From Pristiophorus japonicus (lineage: Eukaryota): a stretch of 64,000 nt of DNA. Positions 24,269 through 37,693 of the stretch are shown here, one piece after another. A model generated the notes under the pieces. It did not search any database. It was not told the origin of the DNA and saw only the letters and a program-made list of their open reading frames with translations. The position numbers were made by a program, and so were the translations under genes. Within the stretch, counting starts at the first letter, position 1, and each line of letters begins with the position of its first letter. The stretch spans positions 259,656,001 to 259,720,000 of the forward strand of contig NC_091978.1 of assembly GCF_044704955.1 (NCBI RefSeq), written 5' to 3'.

Positions 24269-25339
24269 CCCTTTAAAGAATCCAGAGGTGTTTTGTAACA
24301 GAAAGGGCTTCCACTCCCTGAATGTGCAGCTCTTTGTCGACCACAACCAAATAATCATGAAAGTAAATGCTACATTTACAGGCAGCATCCATGATGCGCA
24401 CATCCTGCGTGGGAGTGCTATCTCGGATCTGTTTGTCAATCAGCCAGAAGGTCACGGTTGGATGCTGGGGGATAAAGGATATGGCCTTGCCAGCTGGCTG
24501 ATGACCCCATTGCATAATCCCGTTACTGAAGCCGAGAAGTGTTACAACGAAAGCCACATAGCAACATGCAACATCGTCGAAAAGACAATTGGAGTCCTAA
24601 AGCAGCGCTTCAGATGTCTGGACCACTCTGGTGGCAGCCTACAGTACCATCCTGACCAGGTCACTGAGTTTATTGTGGTGTGTTGCATGTTGCATAATCT
24701 ATCTATAAGGAGAGGACAACAATTGCCAGATGGGGCTGCTGGTCCACCTCCAGAAGGAGTGGAGGTGGAAGAGGCAGATGGCGAGAAGCAGGAGGAGGAG
24801 GTGGCTAGTGAGGACCTTGGGGAGTACAATCAGCCTGCTGATAAAGCCATGGTCCCTCAACCACAACCGCCCCCAACCACCCAGAAGACTGGAGAAACCC
24901 CATGGGAGTTACGCAGCTTCAAAGCTGTTGTGCCAGCACCTCATAAATGAACACTTTGCATGAACTTACATTGGGGACAGTCACAGTTACAGCTACAGTT
25001 ACGGTTAGACAAAAGTTGCATTTGCGTTGAGTTACGTTTTAGCCTTGCCTGCTGTGCCCTGGCCTGGCATTGTTGTACAAAAGTTGTATTAATGCTTAAT
25101 TTATATTATAAGACAATGCACAATAATTGTTAAATTCCATAAAAAATGTATTACTTTAACAAGAATTTTATTGTAATTTTTAACCCACCCCAACTATAAA
25201 CAAACATTAACAGTAACAGAATTATTAAGGTAACAAAACAATAAAAAAACAATTTTAGCAAAAACATCCCCCTTCCCTACCTGGACCTGCGGCCATGTTT
25301 CCCTCCAGATCCTTTCCCCCCCCCCCCCGTATCTTAAGC

Positions 25340-28241
25340 TCATCCGCCCAGTTTTCTCCCCAGAGACCGAAACGAAGTTGGCCTGCAGTGGGCAACGGAA
25401 AGACTTCCTGCTGTGGTGGGGTGTTGGAGTGGAAGATGAAGCTGTCGGATCATCTTCTGAGTCAGGAGGAAGTGGTTCCTCCGTACTCGCTTGAGTGCTC
25501 GGGGTGATACTCCGATGTAACACGACACCTTGGGGTGCAGCGCAGTGTATGACAGAATCGTACCAAGTCAGCATGGATTTATGAAAGGGAAATCATGCTT
25601 GACGAATCTTCTGGAATTTTTTGAGGATGTAACTAGCAGAGTGGACAAGGGAGAACCAGTGGATGTGGTGTATTTGGACTTTCAAAAGGCTTTTGACAAG
25701 GTCCCACACAAGAGATTAGTGTGCAAAATCAAAGCACATGGTATTGGGGGTAATGTATTGACGTGGATAGAGAACTGGTTGGCAGACAGGAAGCAGAGAG
25801 TCGGGATAAACGGGTCCTTTTCAGAATGGCAGGCAATGACTAGTGGAGTGCCGCAGGGCTCAGTGCTGGGACCCCAGCTCTTTACAATGTACATTAACGA
25901 TTGAGATGAAGGAATAGAGTATAATATCTCCAAGTTTGTGGATGACACTAAACTGGGTGGTGGTGTGAGCTGTGAGGAGGAAGCCAAGAGGCTGCAGGGT
26001 GACTTGGGATAGGTTAGGTGAGTGGGAAAATACATGGCAGATGCAGTATAATATGGATAAATGTGAGGTTTTCCATTTTGGAGGCAAAAACACGAAGGCA
26101 GAATATTATCTGAATGGCGGCAGACTAGGAAAAGGTGAGGTGCAACAAGACCTGGGTGTCACTGAAAGTGGGCACGCAGATACAGCAGGCGGTAAAGAAG
26201 GCAAATGGTATGTTGGCCTTCATAGCTAGGGGATTTGAATATAGAAGCAGGGAGGTCTTAATGCAGCTGTACAGGGCCTTAGTGAGGCCTCACCTTGAAT
26301 ATTGTGTTCAGTTTTGGTCTCCTAGTGTGAGGAAGGACATTCTTGCTATTGAGGGAGTGCAGCGAAGGTTCACCAGACTGATTCCAGGGATGGCTGGGCT
26401 GTCATATGAGGAGAGACTGGATCAACTGGGCCTTTATTCACTGGAGTTTAGAAGGATGAGAGGGGATCTCATAGAAACATATAAGATTCTGATGGGACTG
26501 GACAGGATCGATGCGGGAAGAATGTTCCCGATGTTGGGGAAGTTCAGAACCATGGGACATAGTCTTAGGATAAGGGGTAGACCATTTAGGACTGAGATGA
26601 GGAGAAACTTCTTCACTCAGAGAGTTGTTAACCTGTGGAATTCCCTGCCGCAGAGAGTTGTTGATGCCAGTTCACTGGATATATTCAAGAGGGAGTTAGA
26701 TATGGCCCTTACGGTTAAGGGATCAAGAGGTACGGAGAGAAAGCAGGAAAGGGGTACTGAAGGAATGATCAGCCATGATCTTATTGAATGGCGGTGCAGG
26801 CTCGAAGGGCCGAATGGCTTACTCCTGCACCTATTTTCTATGTTTCTAAGTTTCTATGTTCAGCCAACAGCGCCCATGCCACAGGGCCTTGGTAGCGACG
26901 GTCTGCTCACGCATCTCTTCCAGTGTGTGCCATACTACTTCCAGTAGCTCGGCTTGCACAGCAGACACCCGTAAACTGAGTAAAACCCTGGAGAAGCTCG
27001 CGACCGTCTCCGAGCACAGGGAGATCAAGCCCTCTAACTGATCGACCATGGGAGGCGATTGCAGACCTCGCTGATCCGCCCTCCGTGGGACCGGCATGCG
27101 CAATGTGCCTTGGCGTTGCCGGATGCACGCCGCTTGGTCCCAGTGCCTCTACCGTTGTTGCTGCTCCTCCTCCTTCTCTGGTTCATTGGTGGTGGTGTCG
27201 TTCTCCTCCTCCTCCTCACCAGGTGCAAGTGGCACCTCCATTTGCGTCTCAGGTTGACCTTAAAAGCACATTTGAGCTTATTACAGAGCTTATTAGAACA
27301 TAAGGGTACACATTACAAGAGACGTTACATATTAATACATGGATTTCACTGCCCCAGAAAGCTGAAGCCGCTGCATCCCCTGCTCTTATTGCTTCTTATG
27401 CACAAAGACTGCATGCATGGCATGACATGACATCATTCGTATATTGCATTATAATTACAGGGTGTTACATTACTTTTTAAAACTGTTTGACACATTACTC
27501 ACGAGGCGCATAGCTGGCTCCACAAGACCGCAGGTGGTGGTCGAACGGCATTCATGGCCCACCAGCGCGGCTGCAGGCTCCTCGAGATCAGCAAGGGTTT
27601 GCAGCTGAGCAGTGCCGCCTCCGGTGCACCTCTGCTCACTGCGGTTGCTAGATATCTTCTTTTGCAAACGGGAAATGAGCATCGCATAAGCTAATTGACT
27701 AGGTAGTATCATGGAAACACAACAGTTTAAAATGTTACATGCAATTCGGATCATGCACGGTTGAAACAAAGCTCAGCATGTTTGGGAGCTACAGCTTGAC
27801 ACATATACATCTCTCTATACTGCAGCAGCCAGAGACTTAAAAAGGGCACGGGTTCATAGCCTTGTTCATACACTAGCAGGGAATATGTATATATGTACGC
27901 ATGTATGTATGCATGCATTTATGTATGTAAATAATTTACAACAATTAATTAAATTATTAAAATATAAAACCTGTACTTACTCTTGCTCATGATACCAGGC
28001 TGTTCCAGCGTTTGTGGCACTGGTCAGGCCCCCTCGCCTCATGGAACGCTGAAGAGATGACGTCAGCTATTTGAGCCAAAACTTTTCTGTAAACCCGGGT
28101 GGAAGTTTTCCACTGCCACCCTGGGTTAATTCAGCCCACCTTTTTTGGACCTCTTGTACGAGGGCCTCATTAATTTCTTCGGGAAAGGGCTTTGCCCTCT
28201 TCCGATCACCCTCCACATATTCAACGGAAGAAATCTCATTA
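25340..28241 (-). pseudogene. Harbinger Myb/SANT-like DNA-binding protein gene, spliced and decayed
   Basis: RAKPFPEEINEALVQEV...DQCHKRWNSL then a GTAAGT donor at 27980; next exon KKISSNRSEQRCTGGG; interrupted by a CR1. Confidence 0.75.
25549..26860 (+). mobile_element. 5'-truncated CR1 inside the Harbinger
   Basis: [14 protein letters not shown] through to a (TTTCTATG)n tail. Confidence 0.9.
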
Positions 28242-29526
28242 TAATTATTTAAATAGGAGATTAAATAGTATTATTCTCTCGATCTCAGCTTACTCCTCTC
28301 CTCTCTCTCTCCCCCAACAGCCTTCTGCGCATATGTGGATGAACCCTGACCTCCCAAAACGTGGGAAAACCGATCACCAAAAAAAAAAAATCGCATGCGC
28401 AGAAGGCCTTTGCTAGGGAAGCTTTTGCCTTCCACATCGCTGGCCGTTCGCTGGGCCCACATTACATCGCTGACCTTTTGCATTGCCCATTTCACATCGC
28501 CGATCGCCAAGTGGAAAATCATGACCCAAAAAGTGGGCAATGTTCCAGCGATCGGTAAGGCTGAGACATCAACCATCACTGGAACATTGCCCATTTTTTT
28601 GGGCGATAGCGAGCAAAGTGGAAAGTCGAGCCCTTGGTTGTTTACCCTGTTTTCCTGCTTGTTTCTTCTCTCCTTCAAATTCACTTTTTTTATTTTTCCT
28701 TTCTAATTCCAGCTTTACTCCTCTCCCTACTGAATCTATTTTCAGGTTTCCATCCCCCTGCCACGCTAGTTTAAACCCTTCCCAACAGCACTAGCAAACC
28801 CCCCACCCCGCGAGGATACTGGTCCCGGCTCTGTTGAGGTGCAACCCGTCCGGCTTGTATAGGTCCCATCTCCCCCAGAAGCGGTCCCAATGCCTCAGGA
28901 AACTAAAGCCCTCCCGCCTGCACCATCTCTCCAGCCATGTATGCACCTGCTTTATCCTCCTATTTCTGTACTCAGTAGCTCTTGGCACCGGGAATAATCC
29001 CGAGATTACTACCATTGAGGTCCTGCTTTTTAATCTCTCTCCCAGCTCCCTAAACTCTGCCTGGAGGACCTCATCTCTTTTTCTACCTATGTCATTGGTC
29101 CCGCAATGGACCACGATCTCTGGCTGTTCACCCTCTCCCCCCAGAATTCCCTGCAGCCGCTCAGTGACATCCTTGACCCTGCCACCAGGGAAGCAACATG
29201 CTATCCTGCAGTCACGTCTGCGGCCACAGAAACGCCTGTCTGCTCCCCTGACTATTGAATCCTCTACCGCTATAGTTCTTCCATTCTTCTTCTTCCCCTC
29301 CTGTTCAGCTGAGCCACATGTGGTGCTGTGGATTTGGCTCTGGCTGCACTGCCCAGAGCCACCATAGCCCTTACCGGTACACAGAACAGAGTACCGGTTA
29401 GAGAGTGAGATGGACTCAGGGGACTCCTGCACTACCTGCCTAATCCTCCTCTTCTGTCCGGCGGTCACCCAATCCCGATCTACCTGCACATTCTTAAGCT
29501 GCGGGGTGACCGCCTCAAGAAACGTG

Positions 29527-30305
29527 CCACTTTGGTGGCAAAAACACAAAGGCAGAATATTATCTGAATGGCGGCAGATTAGGAAAAGGGGAGGTGCAAC
29601 GAGACCTGGGTGTCATGGTACATCAGTCATTGAAAGTTGGCATGCAGGTACAGCAGGTGGTGAAGAAGGCAAATGGTATGTTGGTCTTCATAGCTAGGGG
29701 ATTTGAGTATAGGAGCAGGGAGATCTTACTGCAGTTGTACAGGGCCTTAGTGAGATCTCACCTGGAATATTGTGTCCAGTTTTGGTCTCCTAGTGTGAGA
29801 AAGGATGTTCTTGCTATTGAGGGAGTGCAGCGAAGGTTCACCAGACTGATTCCCGGGATGGCAGGACTGACATAAGGAGAGACTGGATCGACTGGGCCTG
29901 TATTCACTGGAGTTTAGAAGGATGAGAGGGGATCTCATAGAAACATATAAAATTCTGACGGGACTGGACAGGTTAGATGCAGGAAGAATGTTCCCGATGT
30001 TGGGAAAGTCCAGGACCAGGGACATAGTCTAAGGATAGGGGGTAAGCCATTTAGGACCGAGATGAGGAGAAACTTCTTCACTCAGAGTTGTTAACCTGTG
30101 GAATTCTCTACCGCAGAGAGTTGTTGATGCCAGTTCATTGGATATATTCAAGAGGGAGTTAGATATGGCCCTTACGGCTAAAGGGATCAAGGGGTATGGA
30201 GAGAAAGCAGAAAAGGGGTACTGAGGTGAATGATCAGCCATGATCTTATTGAATGGTGGTGCAGGCTCGAAGGGCCTACTCCTGCACCTACTTTCTATGT
30301 TTCTA
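29527..30305 (+). mobile_element. 5'-truncated CR1 inserted in the host CR1 ORF1
   Basis: KKANGML...RFTRLIPGM motifs and TTTCTATG tail. Confidence 0.88.
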
Positions 30306-32164
30306 TCCACGTAGCTGTCTCACAGATGCACCGCAGTGATTCTGGCCGCCGCTCAAGCTCCAAGACGCGGAGCTCAAGTTGGTGCAGCTGGAGACACCTC
30401 TTGCACACGTGGTCGTCCCGGTTGCGCGAAGCATCCAGGTTGTGCAATCCACGGTACTGAGCTGCCCTGCCATCCCCCTAGTTACACACGGAACTATCAA
30501 GTAGAACTAAACTCTAAACCTTAGCAAAACACACCCAGCAACTTCTCAGCAATCAGCTGATTTAACTAACCTTTATTTAAAGATTAAGTACTAACTTAAC
30601 AGAAAAAAAAAACTCAGCTACTTCCCTTGTGCCGTCACTTTTATACTCTGACGTCCCTTTCGAATGTTGCCTGTAGAGCCTTGCCTTTTAAGCCTCCGCC
30701 TCAGCTCCTGCTGCTGCTCTCACGCAGGTCCGCTGCCTGTGTGAAATATCACTTAACTCTTCCTCTTCTCTGAATTCCCACTCTTTCCAAATTCCCAAAT
30801 AAACCACTTTGTTTAACTCCTCTCTGTTCAGGTGGAGTCCTTCCCATCAGTAGAGCTATTTCCTGCCCCATGAAAAGGAACCCCTTTCCCATACCAGCCC
30901 TTTCTGCTCGTCTCCACAATGCTTCAATTTCCTATTCTGTCCACTGTCCCTTTCATTCCTCTAAACTCACCACATAACTCAAAAGTCTCTTTCCATTTGA
31001 ATCATTCCTTTTAGATTGCTTGCTTAAGATTGATAATATCCCTTTGGTTCTGGTTTCCTGCCTCGTATCATCCCCTTCGGTTTGATCCACATCAGAGGTT
31101 CTCCCTTCCCACTCTTTTTCTCCAAATCGCATTGTAATTCTGGTAACATATTTGAAACAAATGAATACTTTTGTATAAACAGTGGGGAATATCTTATAAT
31201 TGCATATGGGAGTTCCTCCTAATGTCAGAGTGGCCATTTTCCTGCCCACTTATTGCCTCCTGAATTCTCCCATCAACCATTCCTTTATCTTACAGGGAAG
31301 TCAGGAATGTTGGTGCTCCATATGCAAGCATGAACACAATCTTCAGCATACAAACCCAGTCCAAGCCTTGATGTGACAGCACATGGCAATGATGGAAGGG
31401 AAAGTAGGTGTGGACAACAGGTGGGCAATCTTCGACATGGAGGAAGAAGCATCTCAAGAGATGAAAGTTAGCTAGAAAATAATTGCTCTGTGGTTAATTT
31501 CTGAAAGTGTGAAAAATTATTTTGTAACCTGATGAATTTTGAACAAGTTATCTGAGAATGATGCAAAATCTAAATTTGGCAGACTTCACCTCTCCTCCCA
31601 TTCCCTCTAATTTTTCTCGTTCTACTGTCAAAGGATATTTTCCATTTCAAAAGTGCAGCTCACTTAAATGCTGTTCATACGTATGAGTGTTTAAATTTAT
31701 AACCATTAGGAACTATGACAAAAGTAAGATCCCATTACCAAAGTTATTCTGATAAAATGTTTGAATTTTCAGCAGTTTCAGGCTGGAGACAAAAATAATT
31801 CAATCATAAAACAGTGCCGTGTGATTGGTTCACCCTGCATACAACTGATAAATAATTAACTATGCTTGAATGGCAAGATAGTCAAAATCATGAAAACATT
31901 GTTAATAATTTTCTGGGACATAAATCTGTTCTGTTCAAATAAAAGATTCAGTTTCAAAAAAAATTGATCAGTTTAAAACTACTGAAAGGGGAGTTGGCGT
32001 GAATTCCCAACAAACATTGTAGATTAATTAGGCTCCCACAATCGTTAAGAAAAGAAACTCTAAAAAAATTACAATAACTTGAGTCCTTAAACATTGGAAT
32101 CCTTTTATTTTGTCCACTCATGGAGCTAGATGGGTGTCTACTGTCAATATGTAATGATACATAT

Positions 32165-33090
32165 GAACAATGAGCCTTGAGCCTGTCCCACACAATTGCG
32201 ATACCCGTGTACCACAATATATACTCTCCACCCAACCCGAAACCATGTGATCGCCTGGGAGAAGCAAAAAAGATTAAAAACCCAGGTCAATTTGGGGAGG
32301 AAAATTTCTCTCTGAACCTAGGTCCGAACCATTTAAGTGATCGAAACTAGTCCAGATGACTCTGGCCCTGAATTCCCTGCAGTACCTACCTTCTGTAAGA
32401 GGTGATCTCCATCCCAGCCAGAAACATGTCCAGCTCTTTCTTGAAGGAATTCATCGAATCAGCATCCACCGCATGAGAAGGCAGCCTGTTCCAGAGGTCC
32501 ACTATTTCTGGGACGAGAACCAACTCCTGACATCCAACCTTGATCTGGCTTATACAACTTACATTTGTGATCCCTGGTCCTCCCTTACCTATTTAATTGG
32601 AACAAACTGGCAACTGGAACACAATCTATTCCTTTCATTATCTTATAAACCTCAATCAGGACCATCCCCCTATGATTCTCTAAAGTGTAGTCACTACTTT
32701 TTTAGTTTATCTTGATAACTAAGGTGCTTTAAATTGGGAATTAGTCTAGTGCCCTCCTCTGCACCCTTTCTAAAGCCTCAATATCACTCACCATGTGAGA
32801 AGACCAACACTGGACACAGTATTGCAATTTAGGCCTTACTAAGGTCTTGTACAGGACAAAATATTATGCCTCATCTTGTACTCAATTATCCTATGGATGC
32901 ACCCCAACACCCTAATTGCTCTAGCTATCGCTTCACAACATTCTTATAGAATGCCCAAATGTCTGTCTATCTCCACCTTCTTTAAAGCTTTTCCCTGAAG
33001 GGTGTCTGAAGGTTGAGCATTTTCCCTTCCCAGATGCAAAACAATGCACTTATCCAAGCTATACATCATTTGCGGTCATGAGCAACAGTC
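32165..33090 (-). mobile_element. Old CR1-like 3' fragment
   Basis: Degenerate ORF2 C-terminal region, similar to the CR1 end at ~50.2-50.7 kb. Confidence 0.55.
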
Positions 33091-34195
33091 TCAACACAGT
33101 TATGACTGTTACTTATATGCTTGTTTGTCTTTTATTTAATAAACTCAAGTAATATTTTTAACTTAAATGAGGTCTGAAAGTGATGCTCCTGTTTTCAAAG
33201 ACAGGAGTGAGATCTTAAGAAAGTACAAGTCTAGTAGCCAAAAGCAATTACCAGATTGGGTTTGCTGTGTTTTCTCCCAGGCATGTTACCAAAAGCTTAC
33301 CTAGATTTTAAGCCAAGGATGTAGAGAAGTAATAGAGAGTTGGGACTCAGCCAAGGGAGTGATGAGTTAAAAGAGTCAAACTAATGTAGGATAAAATGTT
33401 AGAAAAGGCCCAATACCACAACAGGAACAGTATTAAAAGATAAACTCATTGCTCGTTCGAATTTTAATAGGTGACCTATTAGCTGCCAGAATTTTTAAAT
33501 GTGTGGTTAACAATTTTGACCATAGGTTTTCAAAGGTCTGCTAGTCAGATTTCTGCCTAAATTTGACATGCCAGACCCAAAGAAGCCATCAGACACCGAA
33601 AACATTCCCCACCCAGAGATAAGTGCTGCCAACTGTAAAAAGCATTCTTTCACACTTTCACATTGTGTGATGAAAGACAGACGACAACCCGTACTTCATT
33701 AACATAGGAGACAAAAAGAAATATCTGCTCCATAATAAAAGGAAAATTGAAGCCTCTGTTACCAGTCAGAGAAACCCACTTTTTTTCTTCACTTGCTGAC
33801 GGTACCAGCATGCAATTTGTTACTGTATACTAAAACATTTCCTGTACTGTTTTCACTTGGGTAGCTGACAATTTTTTGACGGTTAAGGTCCCTGGGAGAG
33901 TCAACATTTTATAGGGGATCTTCCCCACTCCCCCAGATTGCAAAGTTTGGAAATCACTGCTTTTGGCTGGATCACATTCGTTTTATGCAAATGTAACAAA
34001 TATAGTCCCAATGATTACCTCCTTGCTTAGGCTACTTATGCATGGTCTCAGTCAGCTAGCTTTCAGCTAAAAATTACATGCTCACAGGTTTATGTAAAAA
34101 CATTTATTTTAAAACAAATATCGTACTAAAACATTATCTCAAACTGTGCTATTTTGTAGACCAAGTATTTGTATAATCAGTAGACCATTGTGCAA

Positions 34196-34201
34196 TTTAT
34201 T
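34196..34201 (-). terminator. Probable GAR1 polyadenylation signal
   Basis: AATAAA about 295 nt after the stop codon in an AT-rich 3' UTR. Confidence 0.55.
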
Positions 34202-34495
34202 TAGTTCAATACAAACTACTTCTTTTGTACTCTTGTGCACGAATGTGTTCAGAACTATGTATAAACAAATTATGTGTGACATACTGGACTCCAATACATT
34301 TATACCAATACATACAGATGTGATGTATTACAATGCAAATAATATAAAAAATACTATCATACAAGCAATAAACCACAAGTTTTTAAAACTTGATGTAGGT
34401 GGCATCTGGGAAAATAATCATCATCATCTGAATTTGCAGAAGCACTAAAAACAGTACACTTGTAGGTTGCTGCCCAACTTCAAATATTCACTTGT

Positions 34496-34512
34496 TCACC
34501 GACCTCCACCAC
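34496..34512 (-). CDS. GAR1: GAR1 last coding exon
   Basis: Acceptor ...ccccttaacag, (G)GGGR-stop, phase 1 consistent with the previous exon. Confidence 0.8.
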
Positions 34513-35686
34513 CTGTTAAGGGGAATAAAAGGATATAAATCACAAGCTCAGTAACCAAGCAAATCAAGACAAGCTATGTGCAATGGAAAACTTTGCACAT
34601 CTGCCATGGAGATCCCACTGAAAAAAGTACATATGTGGACAGGTTTGGGGTCAGCTGACAGCCTGCTGAAATTCAGTCTAGAATGACTACTTCGTCTAGA
34701 GAATTCCACGGAACGGAAAACAAACATAAATAATGGAGGGGGAAAATGAACAAAAATGAAAAAGATGCACTGAATTATGTGTAAAGGTACTGACTGGCAA
34801 TTGAACTTCTTTGCAGTAACCCACTAGATAAATAAAAGGTACTGCAGCAGATGGATTTTCAGAAGCTATTCGATAAAATTATCACCAAGCATGATGAGCA
34901 ATAGGAGAAATTTCTTTATGTAGAGAATTGTTGGAATGTAGAATGCTTTGCCATAGGGAATGGTTTAGGACATTGCTTTTTTTAAAAAGGGAAAATTGGA
35001 TAAATATTTGAAACACAGAAAGATGTAGCACTATGACGGTAAGCGCCGGGGGCAATGCCATTACTTTCGGATTACTCTAGTGATGAGCTGGCACTGCTGC
35101 AATGGGCCAAATGGCCTCCTTATGGGTTGCAAACTTTTATAGTTGTTCACTCAAAAATAGCACAACTGTTAAAAAAAAATTATGAACATTTAAAAAGAAA
35201 GCCTCCTATTCAAAATGAACTTGCCCAGAATGCCATGGTATACATTAGGGAGAAAGGAGAAGGCAAGAACGTTCACATAAATAATCTAAGTGGCTTAAAA
35301 TGATCAGGATCCCAAGTTCCAGTGTTGATCATACCCGATCCTTCAGCATTCCTTTTTGTCTTAATCAAACATCCATTACCACAAGAATTAGAAAGGATTT
35401 GACATCAGGGAGATAACCCACAGGTGACAAAATCTAAATAGGACTGGCAACTTCCAACTGAAGTCTAAACAAAAAGGTGGTATGAGGGCTGGGCAGACTA
35501 AATGGCAACATTGCAGAATAAATCACGGAAGGTTCAAAAGATAAGTCTTTACACTAGAGCTGCAGAAAACTAGGAATTATTTCCAATAAAAAAATGAAGA
35601 AAGAGGATGGCTAGCCAGCTCACAACTAAAAATGAGATACTGGAGTACATGGCGATCTTTGACATTTGCTGGCACTTTACATTTAC

Positions 35687-35779
35687 CTCTAAAGCCACGT
35701 CCTCCTCCACCACCTCTGCCTCCTCCTCCACCACCTCTGCCTCCTCTGAAACCACCTCCCCTGCCTCCACGGAAGCCAC
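35687..35779 (-). CDS. GAR1: GAR1 coding exon 5 (C-terminal RGG box)
   Basis: AG/GT-bounded 93 nt: [31 protein letters not shown]. Confidence 0.9.
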
Positions 35780-36394
35780 CTAGATGAGAACCAAAAATGA
35801 TAATGATTACATTTTTTACTTTTCAAAAATCTTATCTACAGTTCTTAGATTAAAAAATGTGAAGTACTTGTGAAACATTCAGCTTTTAAAGTTGCTACTG
35901 GCTCAAGTTATTAAATAACAAAAATACTAAAATAATCGGGATGTCTTTTCCAAGCAACCCATCACTTCCAAGCATGGCTGAACCTCAACTTTGCCAAAAA
36001 GCCCCACCTGTCCAAACTGCTGTAAGCAGGAGCGCGTGTCAATGTTGGGGCTTTGCAGGACCATGTTACAGTAGTGAATCTCTGGACAAATTGAGATCAA
36101 TGCCACAGGTGATCCACTACAATATATTTATTTATATTAGAAAATTATAAATGGTACAACTCCATTCTGTCTCAGATCTTCTGACCATTTATTCCTTTAA
36201 AGTACTCAAGTAAGTTCATACACACTCAGAAAATAGCTCCAGTAAAATCTATTTTCAAAGAACTAGACATCAAAAGTTACTTAATGTTTTGGTGAGTTAT
36301 GGCTCTTCATCAGCAATACTAGGTAAAAAGGCCATTATATTAAAAAATTTGACAGTCAAGTTACTGAGCAAAAAAATAACAGGCGTTACATTTA

Positions 36395-36815
36395 CCTGTT
36401 AATTACAGAATGACCTACACTGGCTCTCAGTTAACCAACACCTCGACTTTAAAATTCTCATCCTGGTTTTCTAATCTCTCCGTGGCCTTGCCCCTCCCTA
36501 TCTCTAACCTCCCCTAGACCGATAACCCTCATATCTGTGTTCCTCCAATTCTGGTCTGTTGCTCATCCCCGATTTTAATCACTCCACAATTGACGGCTGT
36601 GCCTCCAGTTGCCAATGCCTTGTGCTCTGGAACTCCCTCCCTAATCCTCTCCACCTGTCTTTCCTCCTTCAAGATGCTCCTTAAAACCTACATCTTTGAT
36701 CAAGCTGCCCTAATACCACCTTATGTGGCTCGGTGTCAAATTTTGTTCAATATGCTCCTTGGAACATTTTACTATGTTAAAGGCGCTATACAAATACAAT
36801 TGTTGTTGCTGTTCA
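36395..36815 (+). mobile_element. L2 LINE 3' fragment
   Basis: L2 ORF2 C-terminus (FKILIL...LWNSLP-like) and AAGGCGCTATACAAAT(GTT)n tail. Confidence 0.7.
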
Positions 36816-36835
36816 ATTAATACAATGGTTCTTAC

Positions 36836-36977
36836 CGCCTCGCCCTCCAAATCCACCGCCTCGTCCACCGCGCCCCCCTCTACCTCCTCCACGACCTCCC
36901 CTTCCTCGACCTTTCTCACCAGGTGGCCGAGGCATAAATCGCTGAAGAGGGAGTAGTTTTGCTGGATCAACATAAAA
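36836..36977 (-). CDS. GAR1: GAR1 coding exon 4
   Basis: [28 protein letters not shown]...; AG/GT boundaries. Confidence 0.95.
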
Positions 36978-37065
36978 CTGCAAGAAAATAAAATCAACCG
37001 AGTGAATGCAAAGAGTTTAGTTTCACATTATATATCATATAGATTTATATACACTTACACATGTA

Positions 37066-37304
37066 TAGGTACAACGTCCAAAATCCCGAATCCTTGGGAC
37101 CGAATCAGTGCCGGGGTTTGAGCGGCGAGGTCCGAAATCTGGCACGGATTCGGTCAAGGATTCTGGATTTCAGACTTGATTTTCTTGTCTGAAATCCGGA
37201 TTTTGGGTTTTGCCTATAACAATAATTCTGGATTCCGGACGACTCCATCAGCTATGCGCAAAGTGTCCGGTTTTCGGAGTTCTGGATTTGGGACGTTGCA
37301 CCTG
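37066..37304. mobile_element. Tc1/mariner-type MITE
   Basis: TIR (C/T)AGGTACAACGTCC / GGACGTTGCACCTG, TA on both flanks; related fragment at ~60900-61055. Confidence 0.7.
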
Positions 37305-37633
37305 TATACACATATTTGAAGAAGTTGCTTTTACTGTGCTCCAAGGAAGAGTCCAATAACAAACTTACCCATTTTGGAATTTTACATGGTGTTCACATGA
37401 TATTTGCAGGAGCACCTAAATATCATACATTGTTAAATAAAATGTGTTGGGTGATTTGTAAATGTTAACTAATCCAAATGGGAGACAACTTTCCAGTAGA
37501 ATTGTGGAAATATGTGGTAACCTAGGCTCGTTTCCTAGGAATCTATACAATATCTCCCTCCCAGTTTTATAATTTTCAAAGCAGAATAGTGTGCTAAAAT
37601 GTTTTAGTAGTTAATCTTCACAAGAAAACCTAC

Positions 37634-37693
37634 CTTCTGTAATTTCTTAAAGGAAGCAGCTTTCATATTGTCTGATAATTTAACTGAAAAATA
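37634..37693 (-). CDS. GAR1: GAR1 coding exon 3
   Basis: YFSVKLSDNMKAASFKKLQK, 60 nt. Confidence 0.93.

Larger units (their letters stand above)
15629..24950 (+). pseudogene. Harbinger (HARBI1-like) transposase split by the LTR element
   Basis: FPKVQGAIDCTHI before 16097, resuming after 24268 with NRKGFHSLNVQ, GSIHDA, LGDKGY, VEKTIGVLKQRFRCL. Confidence 0.92.
15144..28633 (+). mobile_element. PIF/Harbinger DNA transposon with autonomous-type structure
   Basis: TIRs GGGCTAGACTTTCCACTT / AAGTGGAAAGTCGAGCCC, 3-bp TSD TTG, convergent transposase and Myb/SANT genes. Confidence 0.93.
7444..30740 (-). mobile_element. Originally full-length CR1 LINE, expanded by nested insertions
   Basis: Collinear pieces: 3' tail and RT 7444-10044, endonuclease 14625-15143, ORF1 esterase 28634-29526, ORF1 N-terminus and 5' UTR 30306-~30740. 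Confidence 0.8.

Noticed and set aside
24165-24950. Host HARBI1 gene
   Set aside because: Lies within TIRs and a TSD, has stops and frameshifts upstream, and the ORF's N-terminus is LTR sequence
34513-34525. U12-like branch motif CCTTAAC in the last GAR1 intron
   Set aside because: It abuts the AG and the donor is GTAAAT (U2-type), so it is probably coincidental
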